Part shown: in pieces, positions 35,467 through 45,476 of the stretch | Layout: the number at the start of each line of letters is the position of its first letter | How positions within the stretch are numbered: position 1 is the stretch's first letter | Source of the DNA: Oscillospiraceae bacterium | GTDB lineage: Bacteria; Bacillota; Clostridia; Lachnospirales; Lachnospiraceae | NCBI GenBank assembly: GCA_963642615.1 | Contig: CAVIHW010000003.1 | Coordinates: forward strand, 6,837-70,836 | DNA: 64,000 nucleotides | Direction: 5' to 3' | Translations under genes and position numbers: made by a program | Notes under the pieces: model-generated | Seen by the model: the letters and a program-made list of their open reading frames with translations, nothing else | What the model was told of the DNA's origin: nothing | Databases searched by the model: none

Positions 35467-36495
35467 ATGGCAAAGATCGTTACCTTGGGAGAGCTGATGC
35501 TCAGACTTACGCCTCCCGGCTACCAGCGCCTGACCCAGGCAGCTACCTTTGAAGTCAATTACGGCGGAGCAGAGGCCAATGTCGCTGCTTCCCTGGCTGA
35601 GTTTGGAAACGACACCATCTTCCTCTCCAAGATTCCGGCCAATGCCATTGGTGATGCAGCGGTTTCCACCCTGCGCCGTTTTGGTATTGACTGCCGCTAT
35701 ATCGTTCGCGGTGGCAATCGTCTGGGACTGTATTATCTGGAGAATGGTGCTTCTGTCCGGGCTTCCAGTGTAGTCTATGACCGTTCTGATTCCGCTATCA
35801 CAGAGGCGACTCCGGACGAGTTTGACTTTGATGCCATCTTTGAGGGCGCAGACCTTTTCCATGTTTCCGGTATTACTCCGGTGCTCAGCGAAAAGGCGGC
35901 AGAGCTGACCATGGCAGCCTTAAAAAAGGCAAAAGAGCACGGTGTCACCATTTCCTTTGACTTAAACTACCGCGCAAAGCTCTGGACCAGCGGAGTGGAA
36001 GAGAAGCAGAAAATGTTGTCTGACATGATGCCGTATGTGGATATCTGCTTTGGCAATGCCAGAGATGCGGCAAAATGTCTTGGCTATTCTGATGGAGAAA
36101 CCGATTTCCTGAACGGTGATTATGCGATCTGTGTAGATGAAAAGCACATGAAGCAGGTGCTGGAGCATTATGGCTTCACCCATCTGATCACCACCCTGCG
36201 CCACAGCATCAGTGCTTCAGACAACGGCTGGTCTGCAGCTGTCTGCACCGAGGAAGGACTCTATCATGGCCGCAACTACGATCTTCATATCGTAGATCGT
36301 GTGGGCGGTGGAGATGCATTTGCTGCAGGCTGCCTGCATGGCATCCTCGCAGGCTTTGGTGCTAAGAGAGCCCTGGAATTCGGTCTTGCCGCAGCAGCGA
36401 TCAAGCATACCATTCCGGGAGATTTAAACTTCATTTCTGAAGCAGAAGTCCTGAGCCTGATGGACAGCGACGGAACCGGTCGCGTACAGCGATAA
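35467..36495 (+). CDS. kdgK: 2-dehydro-3-deoxygluconokinase (PfkB family)
   Basis: PfkB sugar kinase with GGGDAFAAG; operon context. Confidence 0.85.
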   Translation: MAKIVTLGELMLRLTPPGYQRLTQAATFEVNYGGAEANVAASLAEFGNDTIFLSKIPANAIGDAAVSTLRRFGIDCRYIVRGGNRLGLYYLENGASVRASSVVYDRSDSAITEATPDEFDFDAIFEGADLFHVSGITPVLSEKAAELTMAALKKAKEHGVTISFDLNYRAKLWTSGVEEKQKMLSDMMPYVDICFGNARDAAKCLGYSDGETDFLNGDYAICVDEKHMKQVLEHYGFTHLITTLRHSISASDNGWSAAVCTEEGLYHGRNYDLHIVDRVGGGDAFAAGCLHGILAGFGAKRALEFGLAAAAIKHTIPGDLNFISEAEVLSLMDSDGTGRVQR

Positions 36496-36552
36496 AAGAG
36501 AAAATCAGCGGACGCGTTCCTGGCGCCTTCTCGATATGCATAGAAATAAAAC

Positions 36553-36591
36553 AAAAAAACAGACTAGCTCTTGCGGCTAGTCTGTTTTTTT
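36553..36591. terminator. bidirectional intrinsic terminator
   Basis: CAGACTAGC / GCTAGTCTG stem flanked by A7 and T7; contains the TAG stop of the histidine kinase. Confidence 0.7.
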
Positions 36592-38880
36592 CAGGACAGG
36601 AAATCCCACTCGTACCTTGAACAGGTCTCCGTCGATCAAGATCTCGAAGGTTCCGCCCTGGAGCTTTGTGAGGCTCTGGGCAATGGAGAGGCCAAGGCCG
36701 CTTCCTTCGGTGGTGCGGGAGACATCGCCGCGGACAAAACGCTCGGTGAGTTCTTCGCCCTGCACATTGAGTGGATTGGCGGATATATTTTTGATAGTAA
36801 AGTAAACTTTGTCTCCCTTTTTCTCCAGATCTGTGTAGACGCGGGTATGCTCCATGGCATACTTGAAAGCATTGTTGTAGACATTTTCCAGGACGCGCCA
36901 GAGGTGACGGCCGTCGGCTTCGATGAGGATGCTGCTTTCCGGCAGATTGGATACCAGCTCCAGGCTTCGGGTGGCAAACTTTTCCTCAAATTCGCCGTTG
37001 GTCTGCCAGATCATTTCCACAAGATCCAGCGTTGTCATCTCCAGTTTGACGTTTCCGGAACTTGCCTTGGAGGCTTCTACCAGATCTTCAGTCAGGTTCT
37101 TAAGCCGCTGGGATTTCTGATCCAGGACTTTTAGATATTCCTGTGCCCGCTCCCCGGGGATCTGCTCCCGTTTTAACAGATCGACATAGTTGATGATGGA
37201 GGTCAGGGGCGTTTTGATGTCGTGGGACACGTTGGTGATCAGATCGGCCTTTAAGCGTTCGCTCTTGACCTGTTCCTGAAGTGCCCGTTCCAGACCGGTT
37301 CCGATGCTGTTGATCATGGTTCCGATCTTCAGTTCCTTTCCTTCCAGTCCGGCAATGTTCATCTGGTAGCCGGTATCACCGCCCGCGATCTTTTCAATGG
37401 CATCTGCGATCTGATCCTCCTGACGGGACTGCAAAAACATCCGGTGGAAGGCCTGAAGATCCAGTGCAGCAAGCAGGATCACAAGCAAGATACCGATCAC
37501 CTTTGCCATTGTATGGGAGCGATAGCTGAAGCATACGAAGATCAGGCAGATGCCCCCGATCTGTGCGGCAAGAAAGGCTGTAAACAGGCAGAACAGCCTC
37601 CGTGAGTAGGTGTGATCTGCAAAATACAGATTCAGCCGCTCCTTCATGTGAAAGAGCATGCTGTTTGTCCAGAGCGTGCCGCTTTTGTAGCGGCGCAGCA
37701 GGCTGAAGGCACCGGTGAGGCAGCAGCTGTAAACGATGATTGACCGAAGCATCCGTTCAATAAAGCTCCAGTCCTCGGCACGGGCTAACAGATGGATCAG
37801 CGGATAGCCGATCTTTTCTCCAAGAAACAGCATGAACAGGGTGCTGACAGCTGTAAGGAGGATCCCGCTTTCTGTTGAGATCATGTCAAATCCGTGCAGG
37901 TAAGGCGTTTCACTGTCTTCTGTGCGATAGCCGGATACCAAAACCAGGTAATACAGGGTGACAATGCAGCCAATGATGCCGAGAGCGAGGCAAAAGAGCG
38001 CTTCGGTAAAGCGGTTTCGCAGATGACGGTAATCCGCTGCCTGTCTGGCATACACATCATCTGCAGAGTAACTCGTATCTACGGCAACGGTCATGTGGTA
38101 GCTGTCGGCATCGCTCTGGTTGAGCGTTTCTAACTGGGATACGACATTTTTTGGCAGCTCGTCGAGGTTTGAGTCGATCAGGATGGAATTGCTGTCTACC
38201 GAGCAGTAACGTCCCAGAAGCTTTAACTGGGAATCGGTCAGGTCCTCTGCATTGGAATACTCGGAGATCACGTTTGTGTCATCTAAGTAATCGATCCGGA
38301 AGCGGAAATTGGACGGATTCGACAGAAAACGATAGTTTACGATATAGTATTCGCTTAAGCAGTTTAATACCTCCTTGGAAAGATCCAGCAGGGAGGAAAA
38401 GGCATCGCCCGGTTCTGACAGTGTTGCATTGGGATCGTAGGCACGCCAGTAGACCAGCTGGTCTTTGGAGGTGGAGGCGTTATCGTAAATGAAGAGGTCA
38501 TTGACCACCTCAAACTGGTCATTCAGATAAAAACCCTGGCTCTTGGCATAACGCAGGACTTCCTCGAGCGTATAGGTGATCTCCGGGCCGTTGTCACGGC
38601 TGACGGCAAACATTTCCTTGGAAAGATCCAGGCTTCCGTCCGTTTCAAATACATCGCGGTAAGCGATGTATTTGAATACGTGATCTAAATCTGCCTGAAA
38701 CTGCTGGCGAAAGGCAGCGGAGTCATCGTAGTTGCGGTCAAACAGCCAGGAAATGCCGGAACCTGTGTTGTTATTCAGGAACATGACGCTGATGGAGAGT
38801 ACAGCCAGGAATAAAAACAAAATATGCAGGAACACGGCAATGTTTTTCTTGATCCGCATGGAATAATCTTTCAGTTTCAC
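36577..38880 (-). CDS. sensor histidine kinase with large N-terminal extracytoplasmic domain and multi-TM core
   Basis: H-box VSHDIKTPLTSI, HATPase_c GSGLGLSIA; about 260-aa extracytoplasmic segment after TM1, then about five more TM helices. Confidence 0.85.
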   Translation of the reverse strand: MKLKDYSMRIKKNIAVFLHILFLFLAVLSISVMFLNNNTGSGISWLFDRNYDDSAAFRQQFQADLDHVFKYIAYRDVFETDGSLDLSKEMFAVSRDNGPEITYTLEEVLRYAKSQGFYLNDQFEVVNDLFIYDNASTSKDQLVYWRAYDPNATLSEPGDAFSSLLDLSKEVLNCLSEYYIVNYRFLSNPSNFRFRIDYLDDTNVISEYSNAEDLTDSQLKLLGRYCSVDSNSILIDSNLDELPKNVVSQLETLNQSDADSYHMTVAVDTSYSADDVYARQAADYRHLRNRFTEALFCLALGIIGCIVTLYYLVLVSGYRTEDSETPYLHGFDMISTESGILLTAVSTLFMLFLGEKIGYPLIHLLARAEDWSFIERMLRSIIVYSCCLTGAFSLLRRYKSGTLWTNSMLFHMKERLNLYFADHTYSRRLFCLFTAFLAAQIGGICLIFVCFSYRSHTMAKVIGILLVILLAALDLQAFHRMFLQSRQEDQIADAIEKIAGGDTGYQMNIAGLEGKELKIGTMINSIGTGLERALQEQVKSERLKADLITNVSHDIKTPLTSIINYVDLLKREQIPGERAQEYLKVLDQKSQRLKNLTEDLVEASKASSGNVKLEMTTLDLVEMIWQTNGEFEEKFATRSLELVSNLPESSILIEADGRHLWRVLENVYNNAFKYAMEHTRVYTDLEKKGDKVYFTIKNISANPLNVQGEELTERFVRGDVSRTTEGSGLGLSIAQSLTKLQGGTFEILIDGDLFKVRVGFPVLKKTD

Positions 38881-38889
38881 GGGCGTCTC

Positions 38890-39585
38890 CTATTGTTTCT
38901 CGATCTTGTAGCCGACACCCCAGACAACCTTTAGATAGCGGGGCTCTCTGGGATTGATCTCGATCTTTTCCCGGATGTGGCGGATGTGGACCGCTACAGT
39001 GTTGTCGGCACCGATGGCTTCCTCATTCCAGATCTGCTTGTAGATCTCATCAATCGAGAAGACCTTTCCGGCATTTTTGGTCAGCAGCAGGAGGATGTTG
39101 TATTCGATTGGGGTCAGTTTGATGGACTCGTCATCGACAAGCACTTCCTTGGTGTCATCATTGATGGTCAGGCCGCCGCATTTGTAAATGTTTTCACTGC
39201 CGCTCTGGTTCATATTGCCAAGCTGGGTATAGCGGCGGAGCTGGGATTTGACACGGGCTACCAGTTCAAGCGGGTTAAAGGGTTTTGAGAGGTAATCATC
39301 CGCACCGATGTTTAAGCCCAGGATCTTGTCGGAGTCCTCGGATTTGGCAGAGAGGATGATGATGGGAATGCTGCTGGTTTCCCGCACCTTTAAGGTGGTG
39401 CGGATCCCGTCCAGACCAGGCATCATAACATCTATGATCATCAGGTCGGCATGTTCGGTCTCTAAAATTTTTAAGGCGTCATAGCCGTCATAGGCTTTCA
39501 GGATATGAAAGCCCTCTCCGGTTAAGTAAATATCTATGGCATCAACAATTTCTTTGTCATCGTCACAAACTAAAATGGTCTGCAT
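38890..39585 (-). CDS. OmpR-family response regulator
   Basis: Receiver (ILVCDDDKEI...IIDVMMPGLDG) plus winged-helix output (LTPIEYNILLLL...YLKVVWGVGYK); ATG 39585. Confidence 0.9.
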   Translation of the reverse strand: MQTILVCDDDKEIVDAIDIYLTGEGFHILKAYDGYDALKILETEHADLMIIDVMMPGLDGIRTTLKVRETSSIPIIILSAKSEDSDKILGLNIGADDYLSKPFNPLELVARVKSQLRRYTQLGNMNQSGSENIYKCGGLTINDDTKEVLVDDESIKLTPIEYNILLLLTKNAGKVFSIDEIYKQIWNEEAIGADNTVAVHIRHIREKIEINPREPRYLKVVWGVGYKIEKQ

Positions 39586-39654
39586 GCGTATCCTCCTTTG
39601 GCGGGTATGGGTATGGTTTTGCACAGCATGGCCGTGCAGCTTTTAGTATATATC

Positions 39655-39689
39655 AAAAAAGACCTTACCGCAATCGGCAAGGCCTTTTT
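39655..39689 (-). terminator. intrinsic terminator after the APH-family gene
   Basis: Minus strand GGCCTTGCCG / CGGTAAGGTC (two G-U pairs only on the minus strand) followed by T6. Confidence 0.55.
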
Positions 39690-39696
39690 CTTTCAC

Positions 39697-40449
39697 CTAC
39701 TGATAATCGAAGATGTTCATCCAGCTCTCCAACAGTTCCTTCTCTTCCGGGCGTTTCTTTGTGAGCTGAGCGGCGGCTACGATGGGCAGCCACTGCTGTA
39801 CATAGCGTTTATCAGTTCCGGTTTTTTCGCAGAACAGATCCAGATACTTATCTGCTGAAGCCTGATCATGCAGGCAGAACAGAAGATAGGTTCTTGCTAT
39901 GTCGGCACTGCCATTGCCAAGGGCTGCGTGAACCCAGTCAATGACATACATGGTGCCGTCTTCCTTCACAATGATATTTTCCGGTCGGAAATCCCCATGG
40001 CAGAGGCGGGTGTGTTTCGGTGTGCCGTCAAGGCGGGTAAGAAGCTCGTAACGGTTGGCAGGATCTAAATCTTCCAGTTCCGAGATCTGCCGTTTCATCT
40101 TGTCTTTAAGCTTGTTTAACAATGGGCAGGTCTGGGCATGGATCATGATCTGCAGATCAACCATCTGCTCCAGATACTCGTCGTGCTTATCCGGATTTTC
40201 GTCCATAAGCTGTTTGAGGGTTTTTCCTTCAATGAAGTCTTTTGTGATGGACCAGCTTCCGTCTTCTTCAACAGAGACTGCATGGATCGCAGGAATGTTG
40301 ATGCTTCCGACTGTTTCCACACGTGCATTGTTCAATGCTTCATTTAAAACCTCGGCTTTTGGAAACCCCTTGCAGAAAACCTTTACCGCTTTATCGCCAT
40401 CGCGATAGACACTTTTTGTAGCGTTCTTGGATACTAATTCTCTTGCCAT
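39697..40449 (-). CDS. aminoglycoside/choline-kinase-type phosphotransferase family protein
   Basis: LCHGDFRPENIIV catalytic loop and YVIDWVHA motif. Confidence 0.75.
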   Translation of the reverse strand: MARELVSKNATKSVYRDGDKAVKVFCKGFPKAEVLNEALNNARVETVGSINIPAIHAVSVEEDGSWSITKDFIEGKTLKQLMDENPDKHDEYLEQMVDLQIMIHAQTCPLLNKLKDKMKRQISELEDLDPANRYELLTRLDGTPKHTRLCHGDFRPENIIVKEDGTMYVIDWVHAALGNGSADIARTYLLFCLHDQASADKYLDLFCEKTGTDKRYVQQWLPIVAAAQLTKKRPEEKELLESWMNIFDYQ

Positions 40450-40595
40450 ACGAAATACTCCTTCCTTTTCATGCTTACCGACACTTGTTTACAGGTTACA
40501 AACCCGATTATCATACAGGCCGATAAATATTTTACTACAAAGGCTGAAAAAAGTCATCAGCTTTTTGATATTTTTTTAACGAAATACGATTTCCA

Positions 40596-42515
40596 CTATG
40601 AAAAACGTAAGATTGCAGTTCCGTAAGCCGGAAGCGGCAGAGATACGGAATACGGCTGCCCGTCGCATTCAGCTTTGACGGCCTTTAAAACTGGAGCTTT
40701 TTCTCCGGTTTTGTAGGCACCGTGTTCATTGTCAAGGATCACGGTATAATTGCCGCGTTTCGGTACGCCGACCCGGTAATCCGGCCGTGCGACCGGGGTA
40801 AAGTTGCATACAAACAGCAGACTCTTTTTATGATTTTTTGCGTAGCGGATGAAGCTGTAGATGCTGCGGTCGCCGTCGTTGGCATTGATCCAGGAGAAAC
40901 CGTCCCAGTCATCATCGGATTCATAGAGCGCCGGATGCTTCTGGTAGATGTGCATCAGGTCGCGCACATAGCTTTGCAGATCCTTATGCAGGTCTTCTTC
41001 TGCCAGATGCCAGTCCAGGCTGACCTTTTCATCCCACTCATGGAGCTGACCGAAATCCTGTCCCATGAAAAGAAGCTTCTTTCCGGGGTGTCCGATCATG
41101 AAGGTGTATCCGGCTTTCAGATTTGCAAATTTATCGCCAAAGAGGCCGGGCATCTTGTTGAGCATGGAACATTTTAAGTGGACAACCTCGTCGTGGGAGA
41201 GTACCAGAATGAAGTTTTCACTGTTGAAGTAGGTAAGTCCGAAGGTCATCTTGTGGTGGTTGAACTTGCGGAAGTACGGATCCAGCTTCATATATTCCAG
41301 AAAATCATGCATCCAGCCCATGTTCCATTTGAAGGTAAAGCCCAGTCCACCCTCCTTCGGGTCGTGAGTGACTAACGGCCAGGCAGTGGATTCCTCGGCA
41401 ATGACCATGGCACCGTGTCCACGCTGGGCAATGATGCTGTTTAAGTGGCGGAAGAATTCGATGGCTTCCAGGTTCTGGTTGCCGCCGTAGCGGTTTGCCA
41501 CCCACTCCCCGTCTTTTCTGCCATAGTCCAGGTAGAGCATGGAGGCCACGGCATCCACGCGCAGGCCGTCGATGTGGAACTGTTCGATCCAGTAGAGGGC
41601 ATTGGCGATAAGGAAGTTGGAAACCTCGTTCTTTTCATAATCGAAAACCTTGGTGCCCCAGTCCGGATGCTCGCCCTTTCGCGGGTCTGCATATTCGTAG
41701 AGTGCCTGTCCGTCAAAATCCGCAAGGCCGTGGGCATCTTTTGGGAAATGAGCCGGAACCCAGTCTAAGATGACACCGATGCCTTTTTTGTGCATATAGT
41801 TTACGAAATATTTGAACTCCTCCGGGGTGCCGTAGCGGGAGGTGGGAGCGTAGTAACCGGTTACCTGATAGCCCCAGGAACCATCATAAGGATGTTCGGC
41901 GATTCCCATGAGTTCCACGTGGGTGTAGCCCATCTCTTTTACGTAAGAGGCCAGTTCCGCAGCGGCCTCCTTATAGGTATAGTAGCCGTCTTTTTCCGGA
42001 CGGTTTTTCTTTTTCCAGGAACCTAAGTGCACCTCGTAGATGCTCATGGCAGCCTCACGGGGATTGGTGTTTTCGCGTTTCTGTATCCAGGTCGTGTCAG
42101 CCCAGCGGAAGGAGTCGTTCCAGGCGGTGATGGAAGCGGTGCCCGGGCGGTACTCGGCATACTGGGCAAAGGGATCTGCTTTGAAGATAACCTTTCCGGT
42201 CTGGGTCGTGATGGCAAATTTATAGAGCTCACCCGGCTTGATACCCGGAATAAACTGCTCATAGATGCCGGAGGTTTCTAACAGATGCATGGGACAGGCA
42301 TCCGGATCCCAGTTGTTGAAGTCTCCCACAACGCTGACTGATGCGGCATGGGGAGCCCATACTGCAAAGTAATAACCGGCTTTGCCGTCAAGGGTGACGG
42401 GATGCGCGCCAAGCTTGTTGTAGATCTCGTAGTGGGTGCCTTCCCCGAACAGGTAACGGTCGCCGGCGGTGATAAGGCCGGTTTCTGCGTGCTTTTTCTT
42501 ATCTCTGACTGCCAT
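40596..42515 (-). CDS. glgB: 1,4-alpha-glucan branching enzyme
   Basis: 639 aa; GH13 motifs DWVPAHF and GLRVDAVASM; CBM48-like N-terminus. Confidence 0.95.
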   Translation of the reverse strand: MAVRDKKKHAETGLITAGDRYLFGEGTHYEIYNKLGAHPVTLDGKAGYYFAVWAPHAASVSVVGDFNNWDPDACPMHLLETSGIYEQFIPGIKPGELYKFAITTQTGKVIFKADPFAQYAEYRPGTASITAWNDSFRWADTTWIQKRENTNPREAAMSIYEVHLGSWKKKNRPEKDGYYTYKEAAAELASYVKEMGYTHVELMGIAEHPYDGSWGYQVTGYYAPTSRYGTPEEFKYFVNYMHKKGIGVILDWVPAHFPKDAHGLADFDGQALYEYADPRKGEHPDWGTKVFDYEKNEVSNFLIANALYWIEQFHIDGLRVDAVASMLYLDYGRKDGEWVANRYGGNQNLEAIEFFRHLNSIIAQRGHGAMVIAEESTAWPLVTHDPKEGGLGFTFKWNMGWMHDFLEYMKLDPYFRKFNHHKMTFGLTYFNSENFILVLSHDEVVHLKCSMLNKMPGLFGDKFANLKAGYTFMIGHPGKKLLFMGQDFGQLHEWDEKVSLDWHLAEEDLHKDLQSYVRDLMHIYQKHPALYESDDDWDGFSWINANDGDRSIYSFIRYAKNHKKSLLFVCNFTPVARPDYRVGVPKRGNYTVILDNEHGAYKTGEKAPVLKAVKAECDGQPYSVSLPLPAYGTAILRFS

Positions 42516-42519
42516 ATGG

Positions 42520-43854
42520 TCAATCCTCCCTGATCTTCAGGACAACACTGCTGTTGCCTGGTAATGTAAGGTTTAATTTCCCGTTCTCAATTGGAATGAT
42601 GGAGCCATCCATCAGATTTTCTGCCCTGGAAGCGTGGATCGGAAGGGGAACAGAAAGATTGCTTTCCTGATCGTCGCTGTTTGCTGCAGTGATGCAGATG
42701 CATCCCTGTGCGTGCCGTGCAAACGCATACTGGCGGTTGGTAAGAAGAAGCTTCTGATAACGTCCGCCATGGAATTCCGGCTGCTCTGTGTGGATATGAG
42801 CAAGCGCTTTGATCTGGTCAGTAAGGTCACAGTTTTTTGCCTCACCCTCGTCTAAGGTAATGTGGGGACGAAGTGCCGTGTCGCTTTCTCGTGTCCGCAT
42901 GCCTTCCAGTCCCCATTCGCCTCCGTAATAGATGGAAGGAATGCCCGGAAGGGTAAAGAGCAGTGTCCATGCAAGCGGCAGATGCGCCTTCTTGTTCAGC
43001 TTGCTTGCGATCCGGTTTTCGTCGTGATTGTCCAGAAAGGTGTAAAGCTTTGTGCCGATGGCTTCCAGTCTCTGTACGTTGTGTGCGATCTCAAAAAAGT
43101 TATGGTCGTTGAGTCCGGAATAGAGACTTTTATGAAGCTCATAATTGGTAACGGAATGCAGCATGCCGTCATTGACCCAGCGGCCATATTCGCCATGAAT
43201 GACCTCGCCCATGAGCCAGAAATCTGCTTTCATGGAAGCGGTCTGGGTGCGCATTTCCTGCATGAACCCGAAATCCATGACGTTGGCGCAGTCCAAACGG
43301 ATGCCGTCAATGTCAAATTCCGTGATCCAGAAGCGGATGACATCGAAAAGATACTGCCGGACTTCGGGATTTTGTAAATTCAGGCAGGGCAGTTCGAAAT
43401 GTCCCTGCCAGGCCTCGTAGCCGAAGCCGTCATTGTAAGGGCTGTTCCAGCCAAAATTCACACCCTTGTACCAGCCGCAGTAACGGGAATTTTCGCGGTT
43501 GTTCTGAATATCCCGGAAGGCAAAAAACTCACGGCCGGTGTGGTTGAATACTCCGTCTACAACAACTTTGATCCCGGCTTCGTGACAAAGCTTTGTAAAA
43601 TGCCGGAAGCCTTCGTTGGTGCCGATCCGTCGGTCGACAAGCTTGTAATCCCTGGTGTCATAACCATGGGAGGAGGACTCAAAAAGTGGTCCGATGTAAA
43701 GGGCTGTGCATCCTAAGGATTCCATATGGCTGACCCATTTGTCCAGTTCCGGAAAATGATCCGAAACAGCGTCCTCGGTATTTGTAAAGGGCGCTCCCAG
43801 CATACCCAGCGGATAAATGTGATAAAATACAGCTTTTTCATACCATGATGCCAT
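42520..43854 (-). CDS. cytoplasmic GH13 alpha-amylase-family glycosidase
   Basis: YHIYPLG..., DGVFNHTG, GIRLDCANV, GEV motifs. Confidence 0.85.
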   Translation of the reverse strand: MASWYEKAVFYHIYPLGMLGAPFTNTEDAVSDHFPELDKWVSHMESLGCTALYIGPLFESSSHGYDTRDYKLVDRRIGTNEGFRHFTKLCHEAGIKVVVDGVFNHTGREFFAFRDIQNNRENSRYCGWYKGVNFGWNSPYNDGFGYEAWQGHFELPCLNLQNPEVRQYLFDVIRFWITEFDIDGIRLDCANVMDFGFMQEMRTQTASMKADFWLMGEVIHGEYGRWVNDGMLHSVTNYELHKSLYSGLNDHNFFEIAHNVQRLEAIGTKLYTFLDNHDENRIASKLNKKAHLPLAWTLLFTLPGIPSIYYGGEWGLEGMRTRESDTALRPHITLDEGEAKNCDLTDQIKALAHIHTEQPEFHGGRYQKLLLTNRQYAFARHAQGCICITAANSDDQESNLSVPLPIHASRAENLMDGSIIPIENGKLNLTLPGNSSVVLKIRED

Positions 43855-43895
43855 AAGTAAGAAGTCCTCCTGAATTGTTATTGTGTCTTTTTATG

Positions 43896-44240
43896 TCACT
43901 GTTTTTCGTATTCCCGGCTGAAGATCTCCTCAAACAGGGACCCCAGCTTCATGAGCTGCCTTGTGCAGTCCATAACAGTAAGACGGTAGTAGTTGGACGT
44001 GCCGGACTGGGTAACTTCGACTAGACCGCAGCTTTTCATGATCTTCAAATGATGGGAGATGGCCGGCCGTGACAGATTGGTCTGCCGGGTGATCTCGTTG
44101 ACATTCAGCCCATGCTCGTGTCCGTTCTGAGCGGCAATGCACAGTGCTTCAATGATATTTAAGCGGACCTCATCTCCGAAGGCGATAAACAGCGGCATAC
44201 AGCTGTGAAACAGTTCCTGTAGTTCTTTGGAGTCCGCCAT
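43896..44240 (-). CDS. ArsR/SmtB-family transcriptional regulator
   Basis: HTH LNVNEITRQTNLSRPAISHHLKIMKSCGLV; AGGAGG RBS before ATG 44240. Confidence 0.8.
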   Translation of the reverse strand: MADSKELQELFHSCMPLFIAFGDEVRLNIIEALCIAAQNGHEHGLNVNEITRQTNLSRPAISHHLKIMKSCGLVEVTQSGTSNYYRLTVMDCTRQLMKLGSLFEEIFSREYEKQ

Positions 44241-44390
44241 AAAAACCTCCTTTGGTTTAAAAAATTGAACTAAGACCATTCTATCACGAAACATTGGTAA
44301 CGTCAACCAAAAGAGAAAGCGAAAAACCAATGTTTTTCGTCAAAATGCTACAGCCCGCGCTTTTGGCACGGGCTGTACGGATGGATTGTT

Positions 44391-44648
44391 TTATTCATCA
44401 AAGTTTGTTTCAAAGACACCTTCCGGGGTTTTCATGGTAAGGATCCCCAGGTTGAAATTTTCATCGGAGATGGTGATATGGTATTCAAATATCACGTCTT
44501 CCTCAAATTTGGAGAGCACTATGTAATCTCCGTTTTCTTTTCCCTCGATCTGATCACAGATGTCATTGTAGACGGCCTCACCGGAGATTTCCCGCGGGTA
44601 GCCGGAGGATTTGATCTTTGCCTCAATGGCTTCATATAATTCGTTCAT
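44391..44648 (-). CDS. small acidic cytoplasmic protein, unknown function
   Basis: 85 aa from ATG 44648 (GGAAAGGAAG RBS); hairpin ACAGCCCG/CGGGCTGT downstream. Confidence 0.5.
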   Translation of the reverse strand: MNELYEAIEAKIKSSGYPREISGEAVYNDICDQIEGKENGDYIVLSKFEEDVIFEYHITISDENFNLGILTMKTPEGVFETNFDE

Positions 44649-44880
44649 GCAGCGAATACTTCCTTTCCTGGATCTGATGAATTTCAGTATAACATGATGC
44701 AGGCATCCTGTGCAACCGTGAGGCAGTTTGGCGAGATCATATTTGTCGAACACGGTCGTCTTATGCGGGCGTTCTTTCTTGACGCAGGGCGGATAGTCGA
44801 GTATGATAAGCCCACGATCAACGCGTCAGTCCGATGCGGATTTCAAGAGATGTTATTTCAGCCGGTTCGGCAGTATTTTC

Positions 44881-45432
44881 ATGATGAAGTGTAATGGTAT
44901 AAAAAGGTGGTGGTATCTCATAGGATATGAAAAGGGATATCTGGTACTGTGTGCAGGTCTTGCGGTCTGTGCCTGGACAGATTTCAAATTCGGGAAGGTG
45001 CAAAATGGCTGCCTGCTCTTTCTGGCATTTGCAGGTGCCCTGCACAATGGTGTGGATTTTTTTGCACCGGCGCTCATATTTTTGACAGTGGGAATGTGCC
45101 TGTTTCGATTTCGCGTCATGGGAGCAGGGGATGGTAAGCTGATGGCGGTGATTGGTGGTTATCTGGGCCTGACGGACGGGTTTTATGCCATCGCCCTTGG
45201 ATTTTTCACAGGGGCAGTCTGGAGCTTGTGGAAGATGAAACGGTATGGCATAGCGATGGAACGGTTTCATTATCTCCAGGAATATGCCAAGACAACCATA
45301 CAAACGGGGGTGATCAGACCCTATGATTCCTTACAACAGCCGAAGGCCTGGCATCATTTGCCCTTTGCAGTCTGTCTGGCAGCAGGGGTGATGGGATATC
45401 TGCTTTTATCGGGTTACAGCAAGATATTCTGA
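44881..45432 (+). CDS. A24-family prepilin peptidase (CpaA/TadV-like), paralogue 1
   Basis: Polytopic; both catalytic Asp contexts present (AWTDFKFGKV and MGAGDGKLM); start ATG 44881/44884 uncertain. Confidence 0.7.
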   Translation: MMKCNGIKRWWYLIGYEKGYLVLCAGLAVCAWTDFKFGKVQNGCLLFLAFAGALHNGVDFFAPALIFLTVGMCLFRFRVMGAGDGKLMAVIGGYLGLTDGFYAIALGFFTGAVWSLWKMKRYGIAMERFHYLQEYAKTTIQTGVIRPYDSLQQPKAWHHLPFAVCLAAGVMGYLLLSGYSKIF

Positions 45433-45476
45433 ATCGTTACTGAAATTGATGGGGAAAAGCTTCAAGGGGGAAGAAC

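Noticed and set aside
40450-40595. Terminator between glgB and the APH-family gene
   Set aside because: Only a weak 6-7 bp imperfect stem was found, so it was not listed as a feature.
44649-44880. c-di-GMP riboswitch upstream of the pilus cluster
   Set aside because: I could not find the conserved GEMM-I/II core segments by eye. It is kept only as an unclassified leader in the findings.
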